Assembly (NCBI RefSeq): GCF_009914755.1
Contig: NC_060933.1
Strand: one strand, 5' to 3'
Origin: the human T2T-CHM13v2.0 reference genome, Homo sapiens
Length of the DNA: 64,000 bases
The position numbers and the translations under genes were made by a program. Numbering within the stretch: the first letter of the stretch is position 1; each line of letters begins with the position of its first letter. The notes under the pieces were generated by a model, which made no database searches, was not told where the DNA came from, and worked only from the letters and a program-made list of their open reading frames with translations. Below, in pieces: positions 52,281-64,000 of the stretch.

Positions 52281-55200
52281 GAAGAGGGATGGAGCAAGTT
52301 GGTGGAATAGTGCTATCCAGTAATCATACCCCCTCCAACTGAAACAACTTGAGCAGCTATCCATGCGCTAAAATAGTAATACCTTCACAAGAGCTAAGTA
52401 AACCAGGCGAGAGATCAGAGTAACTGGTTGGAACACAATAATAATAAAAGATGCATTGAAAATGGTAGAAAGGAGAATTTTACATTACCTGCACCACCCC
52501 TCCCCCAACCATCACAACATTGAGAGAGACACCATCCACTTGGGGGAAAGAGAGGGGTGTGAGAACAGGACTTTGCCTTGGACCCCAACCCTGGGCCCAC
52601 CACAGCGAAATCCAGCATCAGGCAGGCTGGCAGGCACCCACAGCCCCAGACTCCAGAGTAGTATCCACAAACTGAGTCCCAGTCCTGGGTGGGACCCTGC
52701 AGTCCCAGACTTCAAGCCTGTGAGGCAGAGTTGGTCTCCCAGTTGTACTACCGCTGGCTTGACTTCAGTGTCTATAGGATCTGGACAGGCCAGAGCAGCA
52801 GGCAGGCCTCAGCAGCCCCAGGTTTTGGGCATACCCCACCCCTGTAGTGACCCTGCGATTCAGAACCAAGCTTAATGGCCTGTCCAAAATCTCTGAATGG
52901 ACTGTTGAAGAGCTTTTCCAGCAAAGCCAATCTGCAAAGACTGGAATAAGTACCTACTTCTACAAATGTGTATATCTCAATACGCAGCCCCAAGAACAAT
53001 CAGTAAAACATGATATCACCAAAGGGACAAAATAAAATGCTGCTAACTGACCATAAAGAAATAGAGATGTTCGAACTCACTGACAAGGAATTCAAAATAA
53101 CTGTTTTTAAGGAAGCTCAATGAACTTCAAGAAAATACAGAAAAACAATACAAGTAAATGAGGAAAACAGTAAGTGAGCACAATGAGAAATTTAACATTA
53201 TATTTAGCATTATATAATTATAAAGGGATTAATTCAGCAAGAGAATGTAACAATTGTAAATACATATGCACCCAGCACTGGGGCATGCAGATATACAAAG
53301 CAAAAAATTATTAGAGCCAGAGAGATAGACCTCAATGCAAAAATAGCTGGTGATTTCAACACCCCACTTTCAGCATTGGACAGATAGTTCAGACAGAAAA
53401 TCAATAAAGGAACATTGATCTTAATCTGTAGTATAGACCAAATGGACTTGATATTTATAAAACATTTCATCCAGTGGGAACACAATACACATTCTCCTCC
53501 TCAGCACATAGATTATTCTCAAGGACAGGTAATATCTTAGGACATTAAAAAGTCTTAAATTCAAAAAATAGTCATATCAAGTATATTCTCTGACCACAAT
53601 GGAATAAAACTAATAATCAATAAGAGGAATGTTGGAAACTATACACACACATGGAAATTAAACAATACGTTCCTGAATGATCAGTGGATCAATGAATAAG
53701 AAAGAAGTTAAGAAATATTATGAGTCAAATGAAAATAGAAACACAACATACCAAAGTGGATGGAATCAAGCAAAAGCAGTACTAAGAGGGAATTTTATAG
53801 CAATAAACTCCTACAGCAAAAAGGTAGAAAAACATCAAACAAACAACATAATGATGCATCTGAAAGAACTAGAAAAACAAGGGCAAACCAAACCCAAATT
53901 ATGCAAAGAAATAATAAAGATCAGAGCAGAAATAAATGAAATTTATAAAACAATACAAAAGATCGATTAAATGAAAAGTTGGTTTTTTGAAAGGATAACT
54001 GACAAACAGTTAGCCAGACCAAGACGAAAAGAGATGACTCAAACAAATAAAATCAGAGATGAAAAAAGAGACATTGCAACTGATACCACAGAAATTAGAA
54101 GGATCCTTAGAGACTACTATGAGCAGCTATATGTCAATAAATTGCAAAACCTAGAGAAAATAGATAAACTCTAGACATATACAACTTACCAAGATTGAGC
54201 CATGAGGAAATCCAAAACTTGAATAGATCAATAACAAGTAATAAGATCAAAGTCATAGTAAAAAGCTTCTCAGCAAAGAAAAGCCCAGGACCTGATGGTT
54301 TCACTATTGAATTTTACCAAACATTTAAAGAAGAACTAATACCAATTTTACTCAAACTATTCTGCAAAATAGAGGAGCAAAGAATACTTCCAAACTTATT
54401 ATATGAGGCCAGTATTGCCCTTATATCAAAACCAGACAAAGACACATCAAAAAAAGGAAAAGTACAGGCCAATATCCCTAATGAACATGGTTGCAAAAAT
54501 CTTCAACAGAATACTAGCAACAACACATTAAAAAGATCATTTATCATGGCCAAGTGGGATTTATCCCAGGGATGCAAGGATGGTTCAACATATGCAAATC
54601 AATCAATGTGATACATCATATCAGAATGAAGAAAAAAATTATCATTTCCATTAATGCTGAAAAAAGTATTTGATAAAATTCAGCATCCTTTCATAATTAA
54701 AAACCCTCATAAAACGGAGTATAGAAGGAACATACCTCAACACAATAAATGCCATATAAAACAGACCCACAGCTAGTAACATACTGAATGGGCAAAAACT
54801 GAAAGCCTTTCCTCTAAGATCTGGAACATGATAAGGAAGCCCACTTTCACCACTGTTATTCAATATAGGACTGGAAGTGCTAGCTAGAGCAATCAGACAA
54901 AAGAAAGAAAGAAGGAACATCCAAATTGGACAGGAAGTCAAATTATCCTTCCTTGCAGACTATATGATCTTATATTTGGAAAAACCTAAAGACTCCACCA
55001 AAAAAAACCTATTAGAACTGATACATAAATTCAATAAAATTTCAGGATACAAAATGAACAAACAAAAAAATGGTAGCATTTCTATATGCCAACAATGAAC
55101 AATCTGAAAAAGAAATCAAGAAAATAATCCCATTTACAATAGCTACAAATAAAATACCTAGGAATAAACTTAATCAAATAAGTGAAAGAGCTCTACAATG

Positions 55201-58200
55201 AAACTATAAAATACTGATCAAAAAATTGAGGACACAAAAAATTAAAAGACATTTCATGTTTGTGGATTAGAAGAATATTGTTAAAATGCCCATACTACCA
55301 AAAGTGATCCACAGATTCAGTGCAATTCCTATAAAAATACCAACGATGTTCTTCAAAAAAATAGAAAAGAAATAATTCTGACATTTATATGACATCACAA
55401 AAGACCCAGAATAGCCAAAGCTATCTTGAGCAAAAAACAAAACTGGAGGAATCATATTACCTGACTTCAAATCATACTACAGAGCTATAATAACCAATAC
55501 AGCATGGTGCTGCCATGAAAACAGACACCTAAACCAATGGAACAGAATAGAGAACCCAGAAATTAATAAAATAAGAATAAATAGAGACTAGAAAAACAAT
55601 AGAGAAGAACAAAATGAAGAGTTGCTTTTTTGAAAAGATAGACTAAATTGATAAACCTTTAGACAAGAAAAAAGAGAAGATTCAAAGATTCAAAATCAGA
55701 GATGAGAAAGGAAACATTACAACTGACACTACAGAAATACAAAGGATCATATTAGACTATTATGAACAATGATACACCAACAAATTGGATAGCCTAGAAG
55801 AAACAGGTAAGTTTCTGGAAACACACACCCTACCCAAGATTAAATCATGAAGAAATAGAAATTCCAAACAAACTAGGTGATTGAATCAATAATATACAGT
55901 CCCCCAGCAAAGAAAAGCCCAGGAGCTGACAGCTTTGCTGCTGAATTCTACCAAAAATTTAAAGTAAAACTGATATCGCACCTTTTCTAACTCTCTCCCA
56001 AAAAAATTGAAAAGGAGGGACTACTTCCAAATTCATTTTACAAGGTCAGCATTCCCCTAATACCAAAGCCAGAGAAGGACACAACAACACAGGTCAACAT
56101 TCCTGATGAACATAGATACAAAGATGCTCAAAAAACCCTAACAAATCAAACTTAACAGCACAGTTTAAAAGACCATTTACCATGATCATGTGGGATTCAT
56201 CCCAAGGGTGCAAAGATGGTTCAACATACACAAATCAATAAATGTAGTACATCACTTTAAAAGAATGAGGAACAAAAACTATATATTTCAATAAATGCAA
56301 AAAAATGATTTGACAAAATTCAATATCCTTTTACGATTTAAAAAACCCTCAACAAATTAGGTATAAAGAAATGTAACCCAATACAATAGAGGCCATATGT
56401 GGTAAACTCACAGCTAAATTCATGTTCAACGGAGAAAAGTTGAAAGTTTTTTCTCTAAGATGTGGAATAAGACAAGGGTAACTCTCACCACTTCTATTCA
56501 ACATAGTACATAAAGTCCTAGCCAGAGCAATTTGGCAAGAGAAAGAAAGAAAAGGCATTCAAATTGGAAGCAAAAACATTAAATTTTCCTTGTTTGCATA
56601 TGACATCCTGTATACAGAAAACCCTGAAGACTCTACTGAAAACTGTTAGAATAAACTGGTTCAGTAAAGTTGCAGGATATAAAACAAAATACAAAAATCA
56701 GTAGCATTTCTATATATTAACTGCAAGCTATCTGAAAAAAAGTAAATAATAATCCTATTTATAATAGCTACAAAAAATACTTAGGAATTTAACCAAAGAG
56801 ATGAAAAGTATCTACAATGAAAAGTATAAAATATTGATGAAAGAAATTGGAGTTGCAAAAGAATGGGAAGATATTCTATGTTCATGGATTGGAAGAATTA
56901 ATACTGTTAAAATGTTTAATACTACATGAAGCAATCTACAGATTCAACTCATTTGCTACCAAAATATCAATGATACATTTTTTATAGTGATGGGATCTCG
57001 CTCTGTTGACCAGGCTAGTCTTGAACTCCTGGCCTCAAGCAATCCTCCAATCTCAGCCTTCCAAAGTGCTACGATCACAGCCGTGAGCCACCACACCCAG
57101 CTATCAATGATATTTTTCACAGGATAGAAAAAACAATCCTAAAAGTCATCAATCAAAAAAGACCTAGAATGGCCAAAGCAATCCTGAGCAAAAAGAACAA
57201 ATCTGGAGACATCACACTATCTGACTTCTAAATATACTACAAGGCTATTAGTAACCAAAACAACATGCTATTGGCATATAAAGAAAGACCAATGGAATAG
57301 AACAGAACCCAGAAATAAATCCACACGTTTATAGCCAACTGATTTTCAACAAAGGTGTCAAGCACACCCAATGGGAAAAGGTCAGTCCATTAATAAATTG
57401 TGTTAGGAAAACTGGCTATCCACATGCAGAAGAGTAAAATTAAGACTTTATCTCACACCGTATACAAAAATCAACTCAAAATGGATTAAATACTTAATTG
57501 TAATACCTAAAGCAATGAGGTCTTACATAGAAGAAAAGCTTCATGACATATGTCTGGGCAATAATTTTCTGGATATGAACCCAAAAGCACAGGCAACAAA
57601 AGCAAAAATAGACAAATGGGATTACATCAAACTAAAATGCTTCTGCACAGTGAAGAAAACCAGCAACAAAGTGAAGAGACAACCTACAGAATGGGAAAAT
57701 GTATTTGTAAACCATATGTCTAATAAAGATTATTAAAATATAAGAAAATCAAACAACTCAATAGCAAGATAATAACCCAATTTAAAAATGAAGAAAAGGC
57801 CTAAATAGACAAAAGACAAATGGCCAACAAATATATGAAAAAAAATGCTCAGTATCACTAATCATCAAGGACATGCAAATTAAAACCACATTGAGATATA
57901 ATCTCACACCTGTTAGAATGGCTATTATCAAAAGATGAAAGATAAATATTGGTGGGAATATAGAGAAAAGGGAACACTTGCACATTGCTGGTAGAAATGT
58001 AAGTTAGTACAGCCATCGTATAGGAATCCATATGGAGGTGCCTCAAAAAATTAAAAATAGAATTGCCATTGATCTAGTAGCAATCTATATACCACTACTG
58101 AGTGTATATACAAAGGAAATGAAATAAGTATATCAAAGAGATATCTGAACTGCCATATTCGTTGCAGCATTATTCCCAATAGCCAAGATATGGAATCTGC

Positions 58201-58570
58201 CTCAGTGTCTGGATTTAAAATGATGTGACATATATGCCATTAAAAAGGCAATTCTGTCATTGGTGACAAGATGGATAAACCTAGAGGACATTATGTTAAG
58301 TGAAATAATCCAGGCACTGAAAGACAAATACTGCATGATCTCACTTCTAATTGTAGATGTGGAATCTACAGAAGTTGATCTCACAAGAGGAATAAGTTCA
58401 AGAGATCTATTACACAATACTGTGACTATAATTAATAAAATATATTCTTGAAAAATTCCAAGTGAACATTAAGTGTTTGTACCACAAAAATGATAACTAT
58501 GTAAGATCATGCATATGTTAATTAGCTAGATTTATTAACATCACAGTGTACATACACTTTAATGCATGTG
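52281..58570 (+). mobile_element. Large old L1 (L1M/L1MA-type) block: 5'UTR, partial ORF1, deleted ORF1/ORF2 junction, ORF2 RT region present twice, 3'UTR
   Basis: Frameshifted ORF2 remnants [28 protein letters not shown] and [17 protein letters not shown]. Second copy of the same region from about 55566. L1MA-type 3'UTR (gttaattagctagattt). Non-coding fossil. Confidence 0.92.
56978..57101 (-). mobile_element. Alu left monomer (FLAM-like)
   Basis: Monomeric Alu complement; TSD tatcaatgata at 56965-56975 / 57102-57112. Confidence 0.88.
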
Positions 58571-59471
58571 TTCTAGAGATGCTTCAGATACTATCTGTCT
58601 GTGTGTGTCCGAGTTCCTGAAACCCATAAAGGGAGAACATTATAAATGATTCCAGTTTTGAAATTTTATACTTTTTAATTTCTGTTATCCATGTGCCTTT
58701 CATTATGTCATCATCTTTATCCATCTAAACAGACATTCCAGCATGACAGGAGAAATATAAGGTATGGAATTAAAACATTAATAAATTTTCTCTAAAATCA
58801 CAGGTCTATGTACAGCAAAGATGATCATCTATGAGATCACATTATTCTGGGGAAATGTTAAAATTAGGATTAGGAAAATCAAAATGGCATATGAATAGTG
58901 GGAAGTGTGGACTTTGGAATCCAATTGACGTGTATACTAATTCCTGTGCCCCATGCACCATCCATATGCTTTGGAGGGTAAATTACCTAAACTTGCTAAA
59001 CTGTCACTCCTCAACAGTAAAGCAAGGATAATTATGCCTGCAGGAGGGATCTTGTGAGCCTGAAAAGACTATGCTGAAGTGCCTAACGCCCAGTATTTAA
59101 TAGATAACGGTAATTAACCTTTTACTTTTCCTTGATGAGTCTCGATCTTCAGTTATGGCAGTGTCATTGTTCATGAAAACTTGTCTCTACCAATTCCTTG
59201 TTTTAAATGGGAATACACTGTGCTGGGTGCCATAAGGATACTAAAGAGTTATTAAGATGTAGTCCCTGCTATTAGGGGGCTTCTAATCTACCTAAGGGCA
59301 TTATAATTTAAAGGGTAACATATATTTATTAGTTTAACGAGAGAGATGCCTATAATAAAGAAGGGCTAATCAACCAGTTCAGGGTAGGAGAAATATATCT
59401 GAGGCAATTGTGATCAAATAAGAATTTAGAATGTAAATAATTGTAATGGCACATAATAAAGTAATGCAGTT

Positions 59472-59674
59472 GAGTAAAGTCCTCACTTAATGTTGTGGTG
59501 GATAGGTTCTTGGAAACTGCAAGTTTAAGCAAAACAACATGCTATATAACAAAACTAATTTTACCATAGACTAATTGATATAAAGAAGAGTTAAATTCTT
59601 ATAGCATACAGTATGTCATTTCACTTAAAGTTCCAGTTTTCACAAACCTGTTGATATAAAGTGAGGTCTTACTG
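59472..59674. mobile_element. MER6-like TcMar-Tigger MITE
   Basis: Terminal inverted repeats gagtaaagtcctcactt ... aagtgaggtcttactg; internal ggataggttcttggaaactgc. Confidence 0.75.
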
Positions 59675-60069
59675 TCACCTCTTGTGATGTGTGTATATAA
59701 TGCCTTCTTGGGCACATTGGCTGTCTGAATCATTCCTCATCATTGCTACTCACACAGAAAGTTAAAAAAGAATTCAATCCCAGCATGAACCTTGTCATAA
59801 ATTCTATTACAACTTATTATTTCAATTTGTTTCCATGTGACCTTAGATTTTAATATTATAGGCTGAAACTCTATCTGAAATGATCAATTATCACTTTCTC
59901 TAATTCTTTTGAAGTGTTAAATGCAAATTACGATCTAATTCACCATCTCTCTCCAACATCTTTTAAAATGATTGTGGGTCCTCAACAGTTTTGTTTTGTT
60001 TTTAAAGCCATGGGCCTCTCTTATCAAACAGATCTCCAACTTGACATTTCTTAAACATTCCTTCCCTAG

Positions 60070-60202
60070 ATTTTTATTGGTGAGATATCCATGTATTTCA
60101 TAAAATCAACAAGAGAATCCCTGATTGCTCAGGAGAAAACAATTCTGACCGGAGAATGCTGTTACCTGAACCCCTTACTTCGAAGGATCATAAGATTCAC
60201 AG
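60070..60202 (+). CDS. PLPPR1: Next coding exon of PLPPR1 (approx. residues 85-129)
   Basis: Acceptor cattccttccctag ends at 60069. Reads IFIGEISMYFIKSTRESLIAQEKTILTGECCYLNPLLRRIIRFT+G, in frame with the previous exon. Donor gtgagt at 60203-60208. 133 bp. Not in the ORF track. Confidence 0.96.
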
Positions 60203-61473
60203 GTGAGTACAAGATGGTGCTGAACTAAGCTCTCACATAAAAGTAAAATTACTAAAGGCAAACACTTGGTAAAATAAACTATGGAAGTATCAACATTAAA
60301 AGCAAGGGCTGCTTTGGGGATTTTCCTGATCCTACTGCCACATCAAATTTTTGACTCTCGAAATGGTACTTCTTAAATTGTCTTATGAATGATTTCAACT
60401 GATTTTCCCCCCACATAGCAGTTATCTGAGATTCCCCTGGACGTATGTTTTAATATTGGCTGGATATTGCTATATACCTTTTAGCAGAGTCAGGCAAGGG
60501 GTTGGGGTGGGGGAGCATCAGGGGACGCCAATAAAATAAATTTAGAAATAGTCAAATTTCCTGACAGACTTCCCATCCAGTAATTTTGTTATGCAGGGAA
60601 TTTAACAAAGAGTGGGAAATCTCAGCCATCAGGTTCTTGAAAATAATGCCTTTTCAAAGTTGGAAAACAAATACTTTTATTAGTGTTCATGATAGGGAAT
60701 AATGAAGGCATATTCTACATCCCTCCTTCTAGGACTTTTATGAAAATTCCTGAGGTGCTAGTGATTAATAATTATAGATATGGGAATAAATGTGTATGGG
60801 TACAGGTAAGAATAGAGATCTTACAAAGTTCCTACACATTAAGTACTCTATAAATGATAACTATTACAGTATTCTAATGAGATCCTACAAATACCTCCTG
60901 ACCAGATTTTTAAGGGAGCCATGATACCATTTAAAACAAGAGAACTGACAACTGAGAAAGTGAGGGTCAGAATACAGCATGCTGTCAAGCCTTTTGGTAA
61001 TCCTTAATCTTTTTTTCCTGTTGTAGGAAATGATTGAATTTCTTCAAGTAATAAGCAAATACCACATCAAAATCAAATATGCAATAACTTGTCTGGTTGG
61101 AGTGGAAATGAAAGAAATAGTGCAGTGGGAAACCTAAGAAAATCTAATTTAAAAGAAGTAACCCTTAACATTAAAATAGTCTCAGGCATTTGATGTTATT
61201 TGCAGAATAAAAGTTTTTGCAGATTATGCAAGTTTGCAATTGGCTTACAGGGTATACCCTGATCAATATGATGCCACTACTATCTAGTTCACTCATTCCA
61301 AACAATGGCTCCTTCCAAAGATGTCCAGAGTTTGATCACTTCCCAGAGGGGCAAGATAAGAGATCATCAAGGGGAAATGAGGAGAGAAGAGAATATTTAT
61401 GATACAGAACACTGAACTAGACATTTTACAGAAATTATTTCTTTTAATCTACCCAAAACCCTGTAAGGTATTT

Positions 61474-61847
<374 letters not shown>

Positions 61848-62589
61848 TAACGCATGCACACACACGTACATAATTTGATTCAGGGAAGATTTTATGACTA
61901 CTGTCCGATCTATTTCCTGTATATATAATTAAAGCAAGTTATTTAAAGCAGAGATTTATTGCAATTAAATTGGAATACCTTTTAAAGTCAGTTATTTCCC
62001 TTGGCAAAGATAAATTATACCTTTTGTGACCCACCCACTTGGAGCAGGGTCCAAGGAATAAAAATTTTGACTGGCACTTGTCATTTATATAGACCTTTAT
62101 GCATTGGTAGCACAAGTCTCTGTTTATTGAGGGATGCCAGAAGATCACCACCATCCAGGAACCAGTCCTCTAGATTGTCTGTTGTGGTATCCAAAACTCC
62201 CACTTGAGACACCACATTGGAGAGAGGCATGGTTCAGAAAGACCACCGTTAAAGTAGAAATTTGTCACGCTGGAGGAGCATCAAATTCCCATTTATAATC
62301 AATGACACATTAGTCCGTTTGGGTCTGTCATAAGCTAATAGAGATCTGGACCTTGGGAGGATAAGCCAGCGACATTCAAATAAGGTGAGTTAGAGTTCAG
62401 CATCATGAGATTCTGCTTCTAAGGAAGGGATGCTAGAGCAGAGAGATAGCCAAAAGATAACATTTAAACTTTGGAGAATTAGAGGAAACAGCATTGAAAG
62501 GCAAAGGGGATTGCTGGGTTTAGTAAAAAAATAAAAAAATAAAAAAAAAGCACTTCCTTCACGCTTTCCCTCTTTTGTTTTTTATGACT

Positions 62590-63433
62590 CTAGGATCCAC
62601 CCAGTTGCTCAAGTAAAAAACCTGAGAGACACCTTACGCCATCTGGGAACTTGTTAGAAATTCTTAAACCTCATTCTATACCTGCTAAATCAGAAAATGT
62701 AGGGATTAAGTCTGATTATTTGTGTTTTCGCAAGTCATCCAGGTGATTCTGATGCATGGAAAGTTTGAGAACCACTGGTTTAGGTTATTAAAAGTTCTTG
62801 TCTCCCTATATCTTGTTTTGCAATATCATTGCATTCACCCCAGCCCCACAAAGCTACCATCTATTGACCGTTTTGTAGCTATTGAGCTTTTTGAAGCAAA
62901 AATATGAGCAAGTCAATTCTCTGCTTAAAACCTTTCAATAGATTTCTAGTGTCCTTAACATAGCCTACAGAGCCCTTCACAATCTGAGGTCCTCACATGT
63001 CTCCAGCCTCATCCCGAGCCACTCCCTTGTGAGGCCCTCTCCCATCATGCTAAACGGCTTCACATGGCCTCCAAAGGAAAGTGTGACACCTTGCCTCAGT
63101 ACCTGCACATGTGCTGCTCCTTCAGCCTAGAATATTCTATTGCTACCCCTTCACTTTACAAGCTGGCCAAACCCTACTCATCTTCAGAATGCTGTTTAGA
63201 CATTACCTGTTTACCAATCCCATCAACTAGTTGCCTCGTCTTCTAGGCCTCCACTGAGCCTTGCACCTACATCTGTTATAGGCACTTCTCATATTACTAT
63301 AATTACTTAAATCTGTTACTCCTATTAATTTATGATCGCTTGGAGAACAGAAGTTGTATCTTTTTCATTCCATGTCAACAGCATACTTCAAAGTACCTGG
63401 TACATAGGTTGCCAAAAAATGATTTTTGAGAGT
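62590..63433 (+). mobile_element. L2 3' portion with an embedded MER5A-like element (about 62630-62780)
   Basis: cacccagttgctcaag; ctctgcttaaaacctttcaat; gtacctggtacatagg. MER5: aggtgattctgatgca...aagtttgagaaccactg. Confidence 0.8.
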
Positions 63434-63790
63434 TGATATGGTTTGGCTTTGTGTCTCTACCCAAATCTCATCTTGAATTGTACTCCCATAATTCCCACAT
63501 GTTGTGAGAGGGACCTGGTAGGAGATAACTTGAATCCTGGGGGTGGTTCCCCCATACTGTTCTCATGGTAGTGAATAAGTCTCAAAATATCTGATGGTTT
63601 TATCAGGGGTTTCTGCTTTTGCGTCTTCCTCATTTTCTCTCTTTGCCCACTGCCATCTATGTATGATATGACTTGCTCCTCCTTGCCTTCTGCCATGATT
63701 GTGAGGCTTCCCCAGCCACATGGAACTGTGAGTTCTTCATTAAACCTCTTTGCTTTGTAAATCGCCCAACCTCAGGTATGTCTTTATTAG
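63434..63790 (+). mobile_element. THE1B-like MaLR solo LTR, 3' terminus missing
   Basis: tgatatggtttggctttgtgtc...ccatgattgtgaggcttccccagccacatggaactgtgag...gtctttattag, then no terminal ...ctaataca. Confidence 0.9.
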
Positions 63791-64000
63791 GGTGAATGAA
63801 AAGCAAAGATAAACTTTGTTAAATCATGGATTTGCCTAAAACTAGTTTCATAAAAGCTGATTCTTAAGTATTCATTTGCCTTCTGTTTAATTAACTTTAT
63901 TACCACTTTCAGCTTAGTCCTAGGAAATTAAAGTGCATAAATGAGGTAATTTCTAAGAGAAAGCCAGAGAAGTCTGTTCTGACTTTTCCTGTAGGAGGGG

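Noticed and set aside
52456-52875. 139-aa GC-rich ORF
   Set aside because: Lies in the 5'UTR of the old L1 block; no protein-like signature.
53677-55098. Chain of ORFs with reverse-transcriptase motifs
   Set aside because: Frameshifted, stop-riddled L1 ORF2 fossil; not an active or novel RT system.

Overview
This is primate (human-like) genomic DNA, not microbial: AT-rich, CpG-poor and dense in Alu, L1, L2, MIR, LTR and DNA-transposon fossils. The window lies inside the PLPPR1 (LPPR1/PRG-3, phospholipid phosphatase-related 1) gene on the + strand. It holds two internal coding exons: 43846-44034 (189 bp, LVIMAG...TPTAI) and 60070-60202 (133 bp, IFIGEI...IIRFT-G). The second exon is absent from the ORF track. 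All other ORF-track entries look like chance ORFs or decayed L1/Alu sequence. I see no evidence of a new multi-gene system. The most unusual signals are fossils of DNA repair and rearrangement. (1) An Alu whose tail, target-site duplication (TSD) and downstream flank were inverted, and whose body was deleted, at the 5' junction of an L1PA insertion (41668-42260). (2) A 77-bp piece of unique DNA copied in inverted orientation from 2.6 kb away into a (TA)n tract, then re-copied into a palindromic mosaic (8795-8871 -> 11454-12430). (3) A 157-bp segment copied 1.7 kb downstream into an old L2 (22959-23115 -> 24667-24823). Regulatory hypotheses around the exons are also listed: an internal promoter with an in-frame ATG, an inverted-Alu circRNA, and a G4 next to poly(A) signals. 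Repeat family names come from recalled consensus sequences. Boundaries not anchored by a TSD are approximate.
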